A DNA stretch of 64,000 nt from an uncultured Planctomycetaceae bacterium (lineage in GTDB: Bacteria > Planctomycetota > Planctomycetia > Planctomycetales > Planctomycetaceae): the NCBI GenBank assembly GCA_963815195.1, contig CAWFGE010000008.1:1-64000 (forward strand), written 5' to 3'. Position 1 is the stretch's first letter; each line of letters starts with the position of its first letter. A program made the position numbers and the translations under genes. The notes beneath the pieces are model-generated. The model ran no database searches, was not told the DNA's origin, and was given only the letters and a program-made list of their open reading frames with translations. Positions 54,429 to 64,000 of the stretch are shown one piece after another.

Positions 54429-55699
54429 ATGGATCACGAGGTTCAGCCCGCCGACCATGAAATCGCCAGCTTACCGGGGGAAGCAAATCGTGATTGGGCC
54501 AACCGCACGGTCGTTGGGGCGGGGTTCACCAGCGCGTTTGGGGATTTTGCCTACGAAACGACGAGTGTGATCTTGCCAGGGTTTCTGGCAGTGCTTGGCA
54601 TCCCGGCAGCGTTTCTCGGTGTGATCGAAGGAATTGCCGATGCGGTGATGAGCTTCACAAAGCTCGCAGCCGGACACATCGCCAACCGGGTTGGCCATCG
54701 AAAGGCTTTGGTAGTCGCAGGATACGCCCTGACTCCGGTTGGTCAGGTTCTGATTGCGCTTTCGCATGGGTGGGCGCTCGTCCTCATCGGCCGGTCCGTC
54801 AGTTGGTTCGGAAAGGGGCTTCGCGGGCCGCTGCGGGACACGATCATGGCTGAAGCCATTACTCCCGCCACACGGGGGCGAGCATTCGGGTTTCACCGAA
54901 TGATGGATACGGTCGGGGCCGTCCTCGGCCCATCGTTGGGCGTCGTCCTGCTGGCCTATTTCCAGTCATGGCAACCGAGCGATGCGGCGTTTCCATTCCG
55001 GCTCGTCTTCTGGATGACCCTGATTCCCGGTCTGCTCTCTGCACTGGTATCCTCCTGGTGCGGGACGATCAGAGCCTGCCCAACCGCACGCTTTCATTCA
55101 TGTCGTCAATTCGCGGGCTGCCCAGCCGATTCCGAAGGTATCTCGTGGCCGCCGGCATCTTCGGATTCGGAGACTTCTCGCATGCCTTGCTAATCCTCGC
55201 TGCAACCCAGGTTCTGACTCCCGCGTATGGCGTTGTCCGTGCCGCTCAAATCGCCGGAGCACTGTACGTTCTTCGCAACGTGGTCCAGGCGTTTTCTTCG
55301 TATCCCATCGGAGCAGCCGCCGACCGGTATGGGCACCACTCCGTCCTATTGGCAGGCTACATGCTCGGTGTAGCGACAGCGATCAGTGCCGCCCTTCTGT
55401 TTGCCACGGGTAGCACGAGCCTGATGCAACTTTCAGTGGTGTTTGTCATCGCCGGCCTGTATGTCGCCGTGCAAGAAGCGATCGAACCCTCGCTCACGGC
55501 TGAGTTCGTGTCAGGCGAATCGCGAAGTGTCAGCTTCGGCCTACTGGGGGCCGTGAACGGATTCGGCAAACTGATCTCAAGCACCGGCGTCGGACTCCTC
55601 TGGACAGCGGTCTCTCCCATTGTCGCTTTCAGCACTGCCGCAGTGCTGATGTTGCTCGGGACCGCCGCCTTGGCGTTTGCAACAATCACAAACCGTTGA
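54429..55699 (+). CDS. MFS transporter, frameshift near 55048
   Basis: SAFGDFAYE, GKGLRGPLRD, GRAFGFHRMMD; C-half in ORF 54968-55699; same subfamily as 50942-52159. Confidence 0.82.
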
Positions 55700-55898
55700 G
55701 CCGTAATCATCATTTTGAACTGGGCTTACCGCCATCCGGCCGTCCCTGCAAACCGGCTTCCCAGCCCAGGATGCCGGCCAGAAAAGTTCCATTGCCGTTT
55801 TGTCGTCCCGGTTACGTTGCAGTCGCATTGCATTCATGTTGCGGTGGTGTTGATCTCTCGATGGATCGATTACCGGAAACGAACTGTCGCAAGGATGG

Positions 55899-56942
55899 TT
55901 ATCCGATGGCTTCGTTGATTTCGGCCTCGATCCGGCGCAGCACTTCAATCAACCGCTCGAATTCCGGTGGTTCGCCGAAGATCATTTCCTGCATCTTGCG
56001 GTAATCCTGCTCCAGTTCCGGCAGGCGAGCATCGGGTGGCACGAGCCGCAGCGTTCCCGGCTTGGCATCCGCGTACCGTGCCCATGCCGCCGGGAAGAAC
56101 ACTTCCTTGTGCCGGGCGACCTTCAGCAGCAGTTCGATATCCTTGATCGCGGCCTTACCCAGGTCGTGCTCATACAGGCGAACCACGTCGTAGTAGTGCC
56201 GCGACTGCCGATCCCGGAACTACTTGTTCACAGGGGCATGATGCCACATATGAAGCGCCGTGGCCTTCTCCCAAAAGGTTCGTTCGGCAGCCAGCACGCG
56301 GACTTTGCACCCGGCCTCCTTGAAGACTTTGGGAAAATCCACCGCCGCGTAGGACGTGACCATTGCTTCAATCGCGGGCCAGTGGTCTGAACGTGCTCCA
56401 ATCTCCATCCGCACGGTTGACCGGATGTAGGCCGGTTCGTTGGCGGCGCGGTCGCGTTCTTCGGTCGGGTAGCTGAACAGCAGGGTTTGACTGTCCGGGT
56501 CGTCGTTGGCCAATTCCAGCCCCCAAGACGCCGAAGGTGGTTCACCCAAGGCATTGCCGAAGGACTCGGTGAGTTGCGGCAACAACTTCTCCTGGATCAC
56601 CCGCTGGCATGTTTCCGTCAGCGCTTCCAAGCCATGCTTCCGTTTCTTGCCCGAGGTGGCGTTGAGCGGATCGCTGTCGCCGCCGAAGCCCAACCCGACC
56701 CCGTCGAAGGAAAGATCCACATCCTCCGAGAAACGCTCGATGATGCCGAACACTTTCGACAGCGATGTGCCGCCCTTAAACAGCAACCCGGCGGGCGGAT
56801 CAGGCAGCGTGAACAGACGCTTGAGCGCCCAGCAGACCCAGAAATCCTTTTCGATGATCGCTGGTGTCAGCCCTCGCTGTCGAGCGACTTCAGCAAACAG
56901 GTCAGCCCGGTCGGTGAGAGGGAGCCGTGCAATGTCATCCAT
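55899..56942 (-). pseudogene. abiEii: AbiEii nucleotidyltransferase toxin with in-frame TAG at 56220-56222
   Basis: EKDFW, FKGGTSLSK, RFSEDVD, RTFWEK, then *FRDRQSRHYYD in the same frame. Confidence 0.9.
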
Positions 56943-57564
56943 GTCCGGCTGCCTCCATTTCCTCCTGGGCGATTTGGCGGACGGCAGACGCGATCCAGTC
57001 CGTCGTATAGCGGGCATCCTGGAGCAGACTCCGCCGCTGATCCGGCGACAGGGCACGACGAATCTGGCCGATTACCTTGTCGTTCACGGCAGCCTGCCCA
57101 AGATGCCGCAGGGCCTGGAAGACCATTGCGCTGGTCCGGCTCCCCACCGGCAGTTCTTTTGGGGCCGCATGGCGAATCTGAATCGTCGTGTTGCCGATTT
57201 TGACCTGACGGGTCCGCCCATCACTCAGGTAGACGGGCTTGGCAGGGACCTGCGTGGACAACCCCAGCCGGTTGGCGGCGACTGCACCCGAAGGGACAAC
57301 CCGGCTGCCTGTTTGCCGAGCAAGTGCGTCGGCGATCTCATCCAGATCGGGGCCGAGTGGGATACCCAGCCGCTGGTTCATCTGCGGATAATGGTAGAGG
57401 CCGCGCCCAAGCCGCAGAATGTCGCCGTTCCTGACCAGCCGGGAAAGCGACTGATCGGTAGCATCGCGGCTGCCCAGATCGAGGAAATCCTTCGGAATGA
57501 AGACCTTTCCCCGCCCCTGCTGGCGAATCCGGTCCAGAATTGTGTCTTGTACGGTCGTGGTCAT
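56935..57564 (-). CDS. abiEi: AbiEi-type antitoxin (DUF6088)
   Basis: DFLDLGSR, LSRL...RLGRGLY, AANRLGLSTQVP; overlaps the toxin start. Confidence 0.88.
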   Translation of the reverse strand: MTTTVQDTILDRIRQQGRGKVFIPKDFLDLGSRDATDQSLSRLVRNGDILRLGRGLYHYPQMNQRLGIPLGPDLDEIADALARQTGSRVVPSGAVAANRLGLSTQVPAKPVYLSDGRTRQVKIGNTTIQIRHAAPKELPVGSRTSAMVFQALRHLGQAAVNDKVIGQIRRALSPDQRRSLLQDARYTTDWIASAVRQIAQEEMEAAGHG

Positions 57565-57575
57565 GGGCTTGGCTC

Positions 57576-57607
57576 CTGTCAGAAAAGTGTACTCGAATTT
57601 CTGACAG
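57576..57607. promoter_or_regulatory. Inverted repeat upstream of abiEi, candidate autorepression operator
   Basis: ctgtcagaaa-N12-tttctgacag just upstream of the start codon. Confidence 0.55.
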
Positions 57608-57943
57608 AAGACAAGAGACTTCAGGGGGTGATTTCCGAATAGACTGCGGGCGATCGGCCCCAAGCCGTGTGCCTGTTCGGAAAATGCCGGAAAAACAATG
57701 GCCTACGCCGCGACCCGCAACCCTCACTCTGGCTTCGGCTTACTGCCCTTAAATTGCCGCCGCAAACCGGCTTCCCAGCCCCGGACGCCGACGAAAAAAA
57801 GTTCAATAGCCGTCTTGTCGCCCCGACTATCCGTAAGACGGGCCAAACCAACGACTTGTGTACCTGCCGGCGGTCGGCAGCGTGGCCTGAAAACCGAAGA
57901 GAAATCCGGTACATACCGGATTTGGTTTCCAGGAGCTGCGCCA

Positions 57944-58295
57944 ATGCCAAAACCCGCCCGTCGCGTGCCCACGTACCGCAAGCACAAGCCCAGCGGTCAA
58001 GCCGTCGTCACCCTTTGCGGGACCGACTTCTATCTCGGCCCTCACAATTCCCAGACCTCCATCAACGAATATGACCGCCTCATCGCCGAATGGCTCTCCA
58101 ATGGCCGCGGAATGGCGAGCGGAGAACTGCTGGAATCCCAACCAACTCCGGCACAACGCCGCGACGAAGGCCCGCAAGGAATCGGGCTTGGAGACGGCCC
58201 AAATCATTTGCGGGCATTCCCAAGCCGACGTGACGCAGATCTACGCCGAAGTCGATCGGCAGAAGGCCATCCGTTATATGGCCCTGCACGGTTAA
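57944..58295 (+). pseudogene. Phage integrase remnant with large internal deletion
   Basis: N-terminus YRKHKPSGQAVV..YLG..YDRLIAEW joined out of frame to C-terminus PNQLRHNAAT..GH..VTQIYAE; AGGAG RBS. Confidence 0.85.
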
Positions 58296-58416
58296 TCCCC
58301 GTATCATTTTAACCGCCGGGTAGTGGTTGATCCCCACGTGGTCGGTGGCGTTCGATGGCTTTCCTTTCTTGGCCCGAACGCCCCGGCCGCCCGGCCCAAA
58401 AAGAAAGGAACAAGCG

Positions 58417-60016
58417 ATGAATTCTCGCACCATTAAATGCAACTCGCGGACTGTACCGATTAGATTGCCTTATAAAAATGGTGATGAGCTCCTAAATGTT
58501 TGGGCGATCGAAGCGGATTTTGGAATCAAACCCGGAACATTCGATACTCGGCAGGCGAATGGCTGGCCCCATCTTGGTAGTCGCCGCGCAATGGCTCACC
58601 AGCGGGAAATTTCACCTGCGAACGGACGATCGGGACCGCAGAATTTCCATTCGCGTCGAGAAATTGAATGTCTCACCAATGACTCGGGAGCGGCACGACA
58701 GACAATCCATTCCGACGCGCCCTTGGTTGTTCCGATCGGATGTAAGAATCCCCGCGAGGCGGCAAGAGCCAGAATCATTACTCTTCCAAATGGGAACGAC
58801 GGTTTGAATGCCGCTGCCATCTGCGCAGTACGGCATCTCCTATCACGTTTTCCGTTATCACCAGCGTAAAGCCGGTTGGCCGGCGAATGACGGTTTGCCG
58901 ATCGATGGGTACGAATATGAGGTTTCAACACTCACGGGAAAGCCTACTCAGGAATTCTTTGACCGTGCCGACATAGAACGCTTCGTTGTTCCTTATATAA
59001 AAGCACGACAGTTGCCAAAAAATGGGACCAAAAGACAAAGTCCCAGGATTCATACAGAAGCTGATGGAACCAGAACTTTCAATTACACAGCGGCCCTCGA
59101 CGCGTTCAATCGAAACCACACGCTGTTTAACAAATTGATCGAGGCGGGAAAACTAACGCCGATGGAGCGAAAATCCCCGCTGACAGGGCTTCCCGAAATC
59201 GCCTTCCCGGAAAGCCAGATTAAAACGTGCCAAGAGGAAGTCGGCTACAACAAACGGTCCAGACGGCAAGTTGATCGAACGTGGTACATCGACTTCAAGC
59301 GAGCCGTGAACGAGCTACCGGGCATCACCGCGAATATGCTTAGAACGCTCGGCGAGCGTAACCGGTTCCTTAATGAAGCCGGCATTCCGCATCTCACCAT
59401 TTCCGGAAAAACTTGGTGGTGTGAAGATGCCATAAAGCGCACTCGCGATGCAATTATCTCCATACAAAATGAGGCCCCACCCGAAAAATGGAAAGTCGCT
59501 CGCGAATTGGCGAAGTGTGAGATTGACGAATCGCATCGGCAGACTCTTCCGAATGCCATTCGGAACGGCGGTTCGCAGTTGGATGCGATTCGCCATTTAC
59601 TGACGAATGCGCAACATGAGGGGACCCTTATTGAGGGAAGGGATTTTTGGATTCCGAAATTGCCCGTGGTGATGCCCAACGGGCAACGCCAATATCCCAT
59701 TTACTATGATCCCGAAACCGTCATCCCTTGGCTTCGGAGCGAGCCGCTGGCGGACACGGAAACGCCGGCGACGCAGAATAAACCGGCGGACGAATTTGTC
59801 CCGTCAGACACGCAGCGGGAAATCCTGGAATCGCTCGATGGCGTGGCAAAGACCGCTGATGAATTGATGGACGCTCTTGATGTTTCGCGGCACAAACTTT
59901 TCGGGCGGCGAGACGGCAAAGGCGGACTGAAAGAACTGATGTCCTGGGGCATGATCGAAAATGTTTCCGGGATTCGCGGGTATTATCGCCCCGACCGACC
60001 ACCCAGCGCGCACTAA
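58417..60016 (+). CDS. Putative multi-HTH DNA-binding protein, probable frameshift near 58825
   Basis: AAAGGA RBS; ORFs 58417-58869 and 58808-60016 join into repeated HTH-like modules plus a C-terminal winged helix. Confidence 0.55.
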
Positions 60017-60134
60017 ATCGCGAATCGCGCGCACTAAAAAAGCGCACCAAAGTGGCACTGAATTCTCAGCTTTCCGCCCCCACAATCCTTGCAGTTCATG
60101 GCACTTTTGCCCCTGAAGCTGTGAGGATTTTTTT

Positions 60135-60419
60135 ATGACGATTGATCTGGAACGAGACCGACTGACGTTGACCGAAGCCGCTCAACTGCTGGCCAAGGAC
60201 CTCTCCACGATCTGGCGATGGTGCCTGCGTGGGGTCCGCGGCCGCAAGCTGGCGAGCTTCGTCATTGGCGGCCGCCGGTACGTGTACCGCGATGATCTGG
60301 ACGATTTTCTCGCCGCGCAAAATGCCGACGATCCGCGGCCGGCCCAGCCGACGCAAAAATCGAAACGCCGCAACGCAGCGGCCGCGAAGAAACTTGATGC
60401 GCTCGGGATTGGCACGTAA
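60135..60419 (+). CDS. Excisionase-like HTH protein (DUF1580-like)
   Basis: LTLTEAA..STIWRWCLRGVRGRKL..IGGRRY..LDDF. Confidence 0.8.
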   Translation: MTIDLERDRLTLTEAAQLLAKDLSTIWRWCLRGVRGRKLASFVIGGRRYVYRDDLDDFLAAQNADDPRPAQPTQKSKRRNAAAAKKLDALGIGT

Positions 60420-60563
60420 AAAAGGCCCGCCGGCGTTGTGCCCACCGACGGGCCGGAGCTGCGCCCACCTGCCACGGTGGGGAACACTGCCATCCTATGC
60501 CCCGTCGCGCCCCCAAACAATCCCAACGCCGCCGCGGGTCTCCATTGGAATGGAGGCTTTATT

Positions 60564-61530
60564 GTGAACGAACCCCAAGCGGAGCCAAGAGGTTATCCGC
60601 AACGCGATTCCCATTTCGCTCACCGGTTTACGCGGCTGTTGACCAAGACGGCCGCGGCCCAAGAAATCGGGCCGGAAGGCACATGGATGTTGACAGTCAT
60701 CGTGCATCAGGAAGACGCCAAGCGATACAAAGGCGCTGTCACATTCTACAACACCCAACTGATGCCTCTGTGCGGCATCGGGAGCGATCGGCGGCTTTTT
60801 CAGGTGCGCGACCGGTTAGTCGAAGCCGGTTGGCTTCACTACGAAGCCGGGGCGAAACGCCGGCCGGGGAAATACTGGGTATTGGTTCCTGACGATTTGA
60901 GCGATGCGTCGGATGCGCCGGTCGATGAACGGCACGAATTTTTCTCCTGCGAATCGCAGGAGAAAGCGAAGAGAAACCGTAGGGAAAGCGAAGAGAAAGC
61001 GAAGACTAACCGAAGAGAAGGTGCGCGCCCTTCTACCCTAGATCCTAACCCTGCCCCTAATCCCGAAGAGAGGGGTTCCCCCGCCCTCGATGGCGCTCAT
61101 TCCGGAATTGATGAAAAAGTTCAATTCGGTTTCGGGAGTCACAAAATGCACCGCTTTCTCGGGGAAGCGCCGCACGGCTCTGAGTGCGAGGCTACGGGAT
61201 GCGATTTTTCGCGACCGATGGCCCGAGGCAATCGAGCGAATGGCCGAGTCCCACTTCTGCCGCGGGGAGAATGATCGGGGCTGGAAAGCCGATATGGATT
61301 GGTTTTTGAAACCGGATTCCGTGCTGAAGCTGCTTGAAGGCAAATACGCCCCATCACCAATCGCAACGAACAGAATCGACGAAAAATTCAGGGATGGCCC
61401 GGCGGGGAGTACCGCCGGCAATGCGGAAAGTGTGCCCTTTTCGAGTTTTAGGAGAAAGACAAGTGATAGCCACCAACGAAACTCCAGCGACTGGAGAGCG
61501 CGCGAACTTGAGCAGGCCTGCGAGGGCTAA
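60564..61530 (+). CDS. Phage-type replication initiator, frameshift near 61080
   Basis: N-terminal wHTH (RDRLVEAGWL), repeat-rich linker, C-terminal GENDRGWKADMDWFLKPDSVLKLLEGKY. Confidence 0.7.
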
Positions 61531-62107
61531 ATCTCTATTGGCTCAAATCGTCAAAGCCCTCGAACCGCTGCAGCTCAATTGCCAGCCGCCGAAGGATTCC
61601 GCCGCACTTCGGAGTTATGCCGAAGTGCTGCTTTTCGACGATCCGGAATTGTCACCCGATTTGATTCGCAAGGCCGCGATGCGCTATCTGCGGCAATCGG
61701 AAGAGAACTGGTTTCCCCCGGCCGGTTTGTTATTGAAGATTGCAAAAGAACTTGCAGACGGGGAACTTCCCGAATGGCAACAGACTTGGCATCGGGTCAT
61801 GGACGCCTGCCGAATGTGGGACCAATACGATACAAAAAAGGCGATCGCCGCCCGCCAGCATATCGGCGAAACCCTGTATGAATTTGTGCGAATGCTTGGG
61901 GGGTTCATCGCTCTGACCTCAGTAGATTCCGATACGCTTTCGGTGTTGCAATCGAATTTCCGGAACGCATTTACCGCGGAGCGAAAGCGTGCGGAACGCA
62001 ATCGAGCGCTCCCGGATTCGTTGCGGCCCGTCCCGGCCAAATTGGAAACTCCGCAATCCTCGATTCAAAATATCGAAGTTTTGGAACGGGGAGATTCCGA
62101 TGCCTAA
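61463..62107 (+). CDS. Putative helicase loader/inhibitor-like phage protein
   Basis: Follows rep; A..YL....WFPP and W..V motifs; AGGAG RBS before GTG. Confidence 0.5.
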   Translation: MIATNETPATGERANLSRPARAKSLLAQIVKALEPLQLNCQPPKDSAALRSYAEVLLFDDPELSPDLIRKAAMRYLRQSEENWFPPAGLLLKIAKELADGELPEWQQTWHRVMDACRMWDQYDTKKAIAARQHIGETLYEFVRMLGGFIALTSVDSDTLSVLQSNFRNAFTAERKRAERNRALPDSLRPVPAKLETPQSSIQNIEVLERGDSDA

Positions 62108-62465
62108 ACAACTCGAACTATTCGCGGAACCCGCTGCAAAGAAACCGGTAGGCCAATCCCTGCCGCACAACGGAACCGACACAAGCCGGGATGCGGCCGA
62201 ATCCATCGCGCCCGTTGTCAACGAATTGGCACGCGGCGTTTATGATTTCATCAAAAGCCGCGGGCCGTTCGGGGCCACCGATGAAGAACAGCAAATGAAC
62301 TTGGGGATTCCCGGAAACACGCAGCGCCCGCGCCGCAATCGGTTGGAAGCCGCCGGGCTGATTCGTCGGTCGGGCGACAAACGGGCAACGGCATCGGGCC
62401 GGATGGCCCACGTTTGGGTTGCGAGCGATTTAATAAGCGCATCTTCCGCCAAGGATTCGTTTTAG
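62100..62465 (+). CDS. Phage-type winged-helix protein
   Basis: GATDEE...NTQRPRRNRLEAAGLI..SG..R.T.SGR.A.VW. Confidence 0.7.
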   Translation: MPKQLELFAEPAAKKPVGQSLPHNGTDTSRDAAESIAPVVNELARGVYDFIKSRGPFGATDEEQQMNLGIPGNTQRPRRNRLEAAGLIRRSGDKRATASGRMAHVWVASDLISASSAKDSF

Positions 62466-62561
62466 GGCGAATTTGGAAAAAAACCGATCGAAACAAACTC
62501 TGTATTCTATTTGAGGTACTTCTCGCCCAGTCTCGATCCTTGGCGTGGCGGGGAAGAACCT

Positions 62562-62816
62562 ATGAGGATCCCGACCTTTCCCGCATCATGGAAGCATGGC
62601 CCACGGAATATGAATCTGGAATATCTCATCGACATGGCCGGCCAGATGTGGCGCGGCCCGATCAATCCCGGGGGCAATTTGCATTGGGAACGCTTCGAAG
62701 GCCGGAACCCGGACGGCTCGGAGATCTGGCGTCTCTGCCGGGAACGGCCGCCGCTGAGCGGCAGCCGCATTCCCGCGACTGATGCCCGGCGGTTGATTGC
62801 CGGGACCGCGAAATAA
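62562..62816 (+). CDS. Hypothetical protein
   Basis: Short co-oriented ORF in the module; start uncertain. Confidence 0.35.
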   Translation: MRIPTFPASWKHGPRNMNLEYLIDMAGQMWRGPINPGGNLHWERFEGRNPDGSEIWRLCRERPPLSGSRIPATDARRLIAGTAK

Positions 62817-62905
62817 TAGTAGTGATTCACCCGTCGGCGGGGTTGTACAATCTGCAAACGAAAGCCGCGGGCCATGAAAGGCCAACATCAAACGAGGATG
62901 CACGG

Positions 62906-63139
62906 ATGCACGACAATCAATTTGAGCAATTCGGCCATCTGCTCACCGAAGCAATGTCGATCGCGAAGCTCGCCGGATACTTCAAGGTGAATCGGGCGAC
63001 GATGGCTTCCGTCCTTCAACACATGGAGGGCGTCGAGCGCTTCGGCTCGAAGTTTCAAATCCCCGTCCGCCGAATGCCCCTGCGATATTTCATCGATGCC
63101 CATCTGCTAAAACCGAACGAAATTGACCGTTTCGGTTGA
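62906..63139 (+). CDS. Small HTH-like protein
   Basis: GAGG RBS; MSIAKLAGYFKVNRATM HTH-like pattern. Confidence 0.5.
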   Translation: MHDNQFEQFGHLLTEAMSIAKLAGYFKVNRATMASVLQHMEGVERFGSKFQIPVRRMPLRYFIDAHLLKPNEIDRFG

Positions 63140-63192
63140 GGATTGCAAAACCAGGCTTCGCGATTCGCTTCCCCATCTATAGGGTTTCAATC

Positions 63193-63399
63193 ATGTCGAG
63201 TCTCATCGATCAACAATTCGCCGCAGACCTTCTCGCGATTTCCGTTCGTCGTCTCGCGAAGATGGTCCGCGACGGCGAGCTCCCCTTCATTGAACTGCCG
63301 GGGGGCGAGATCAGATTCAGCCGAGAGGATTTGCAAGATTGGATCGGAACCCGAAAGCGTGGAATTGAGGATGGAAACAACCTACTCGCAAGGGTTTAG
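63193..63399 (+). CDS. Excisionase/HTH_17-family protein
   Basis: AADLLAISVRRL..MVRDGELP....GGEIRFSREDLQDWI. Confidence 0.8.
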   Translation: MSSLIDQQFAADLLAISVRRLAKMVRDGELPFIELPGGEIRFSREDLQDWIGTRKRGIEDGNNLLARV

Positions 63400-63632
63400 G
63401 ATGAACGGGCCGGTCGGCCCGGTCGGGGACGCCCGCGGGTCCTTCCCAGGCCCCCGCCGGGGCGCGCGGGTCCACACCGGCGCGTTTTTTGTCAATAACA
63501 GAGCGTTTTTCCGGGGTTCTTCTTCTTAACATACGGATTTACAGTGGGGGGCTTCGGGGGTTCGTCCCACATCAGCCTTCCGAAGCCCCCCAATTTTGAT
63601 TCGGCGGATTCCGCCTGAAAGGATTCTGGAAC

Positions 63633-64000
63633 ATGCCCGCAACCACGCCGATCCGCGTCTCCGAAAGCGAACGCGAAAAGTTTTACGCCGCCGCTCGCGA
63701 TGCGTTCCTGATGCGTTCGCTGCGAACGGCGGGTCTCGATCCGAACAGAGGGCTGCAAGCTGCCCAAGCCGGCGGCGATTTCGACGCCATTAAACGCTGC
63801 CAGCACTTGGTGACGACCTTCCAAAAGCCCGCGGCCGGTCACGAGGATTTCAGGCATGTTTCCATGATCGACCTGGCCCGGATGTTCCTGGAAAAAGCCG
63901 GCGATCGCATTCCCGCGGGAATGCCGGGCGGGGCAATCGCGCAGCGGGCCATCCAGATGGGCCGCTTTGTGGAGATCAACCAATGGATGCAGCGCGACGC
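63633..64000 (+). CDS. Putative major capsid protein N-terminus (partial; not in the ORF track)
   Basis: AAAGGA RBS; open to the window end: MPATTPIRVSESEREKFYAAARDAFLMRS...GHEDFRHVSMIDLARMFLEKAG..IAQRA, resembling the region preceding the capsid domain of protease-capsid fusions. Confidence 0.5.
   Translation, partial: MPATTPIRVSESEREKFYAAARDAFLMRSLRTAGLDPNRGLQAAQAGGDFDAIKRCQHLVTTFQKPAAGHEDFRHVSMIDLARMFLEKAGDRIPAGMPGGAIAQRAIQMGRFVEINQWMQRD

Noticed and set aside
56220..56222. Pyrrolysine or recoded TAG in abiEii
   Set aside because: TAG is used as a normal stop elsewhere (tmRNA tag, 19265-20713 gene) and no pyl genes are in the window.

Overview
The window has three parts. (1) 1-4083 appears foreign to the rest. 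It is a noisy ~2 kb fold-back (axis ~2044) carrying a triple-repeat cytochrome c gene and ends in a Nanopore-adapter-like remnant, so it is most likely a chimeric read end. (2) 4084-25630 is Planctomycetota-type chromosome: xylB, ornithine cyclodeaminase family, a Tsr3/DTW-like gene, MBL hydrolase, ybdK, M20 amidohydrolase, glgP, DUF1501/PSD1 genes, an MT-A70 methyltransferase and tmRNA, with several families of REP-like palindromes. (3) From the tmRNA 3' end to the window end is a mosaic genomic island. It holds an unusual tyrosine integrase; an IS21 whose istB is split exactly in the Walker A motif by a 2479-bp serine-recombinase element (AA core; excision restores a 265-aa IstB); remnants of a second recombinase element and a DarB-like SNF2 helicase; a putative fluoride-resistance cluster (two-component system, TolC-RND-MFP, MFS, crcB, DUF190, enolase, MFS); an AbiE type IV TA pair with an amber-interrupted toxin; and a phage-satellite-like module (deleted integrase, multi-HTH protein, Xis-like genes, rep with internal repeats, cosQ-like site, capsid-like ORF running off the end). 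All product calls come from motif recognition by eye; no searches were run.
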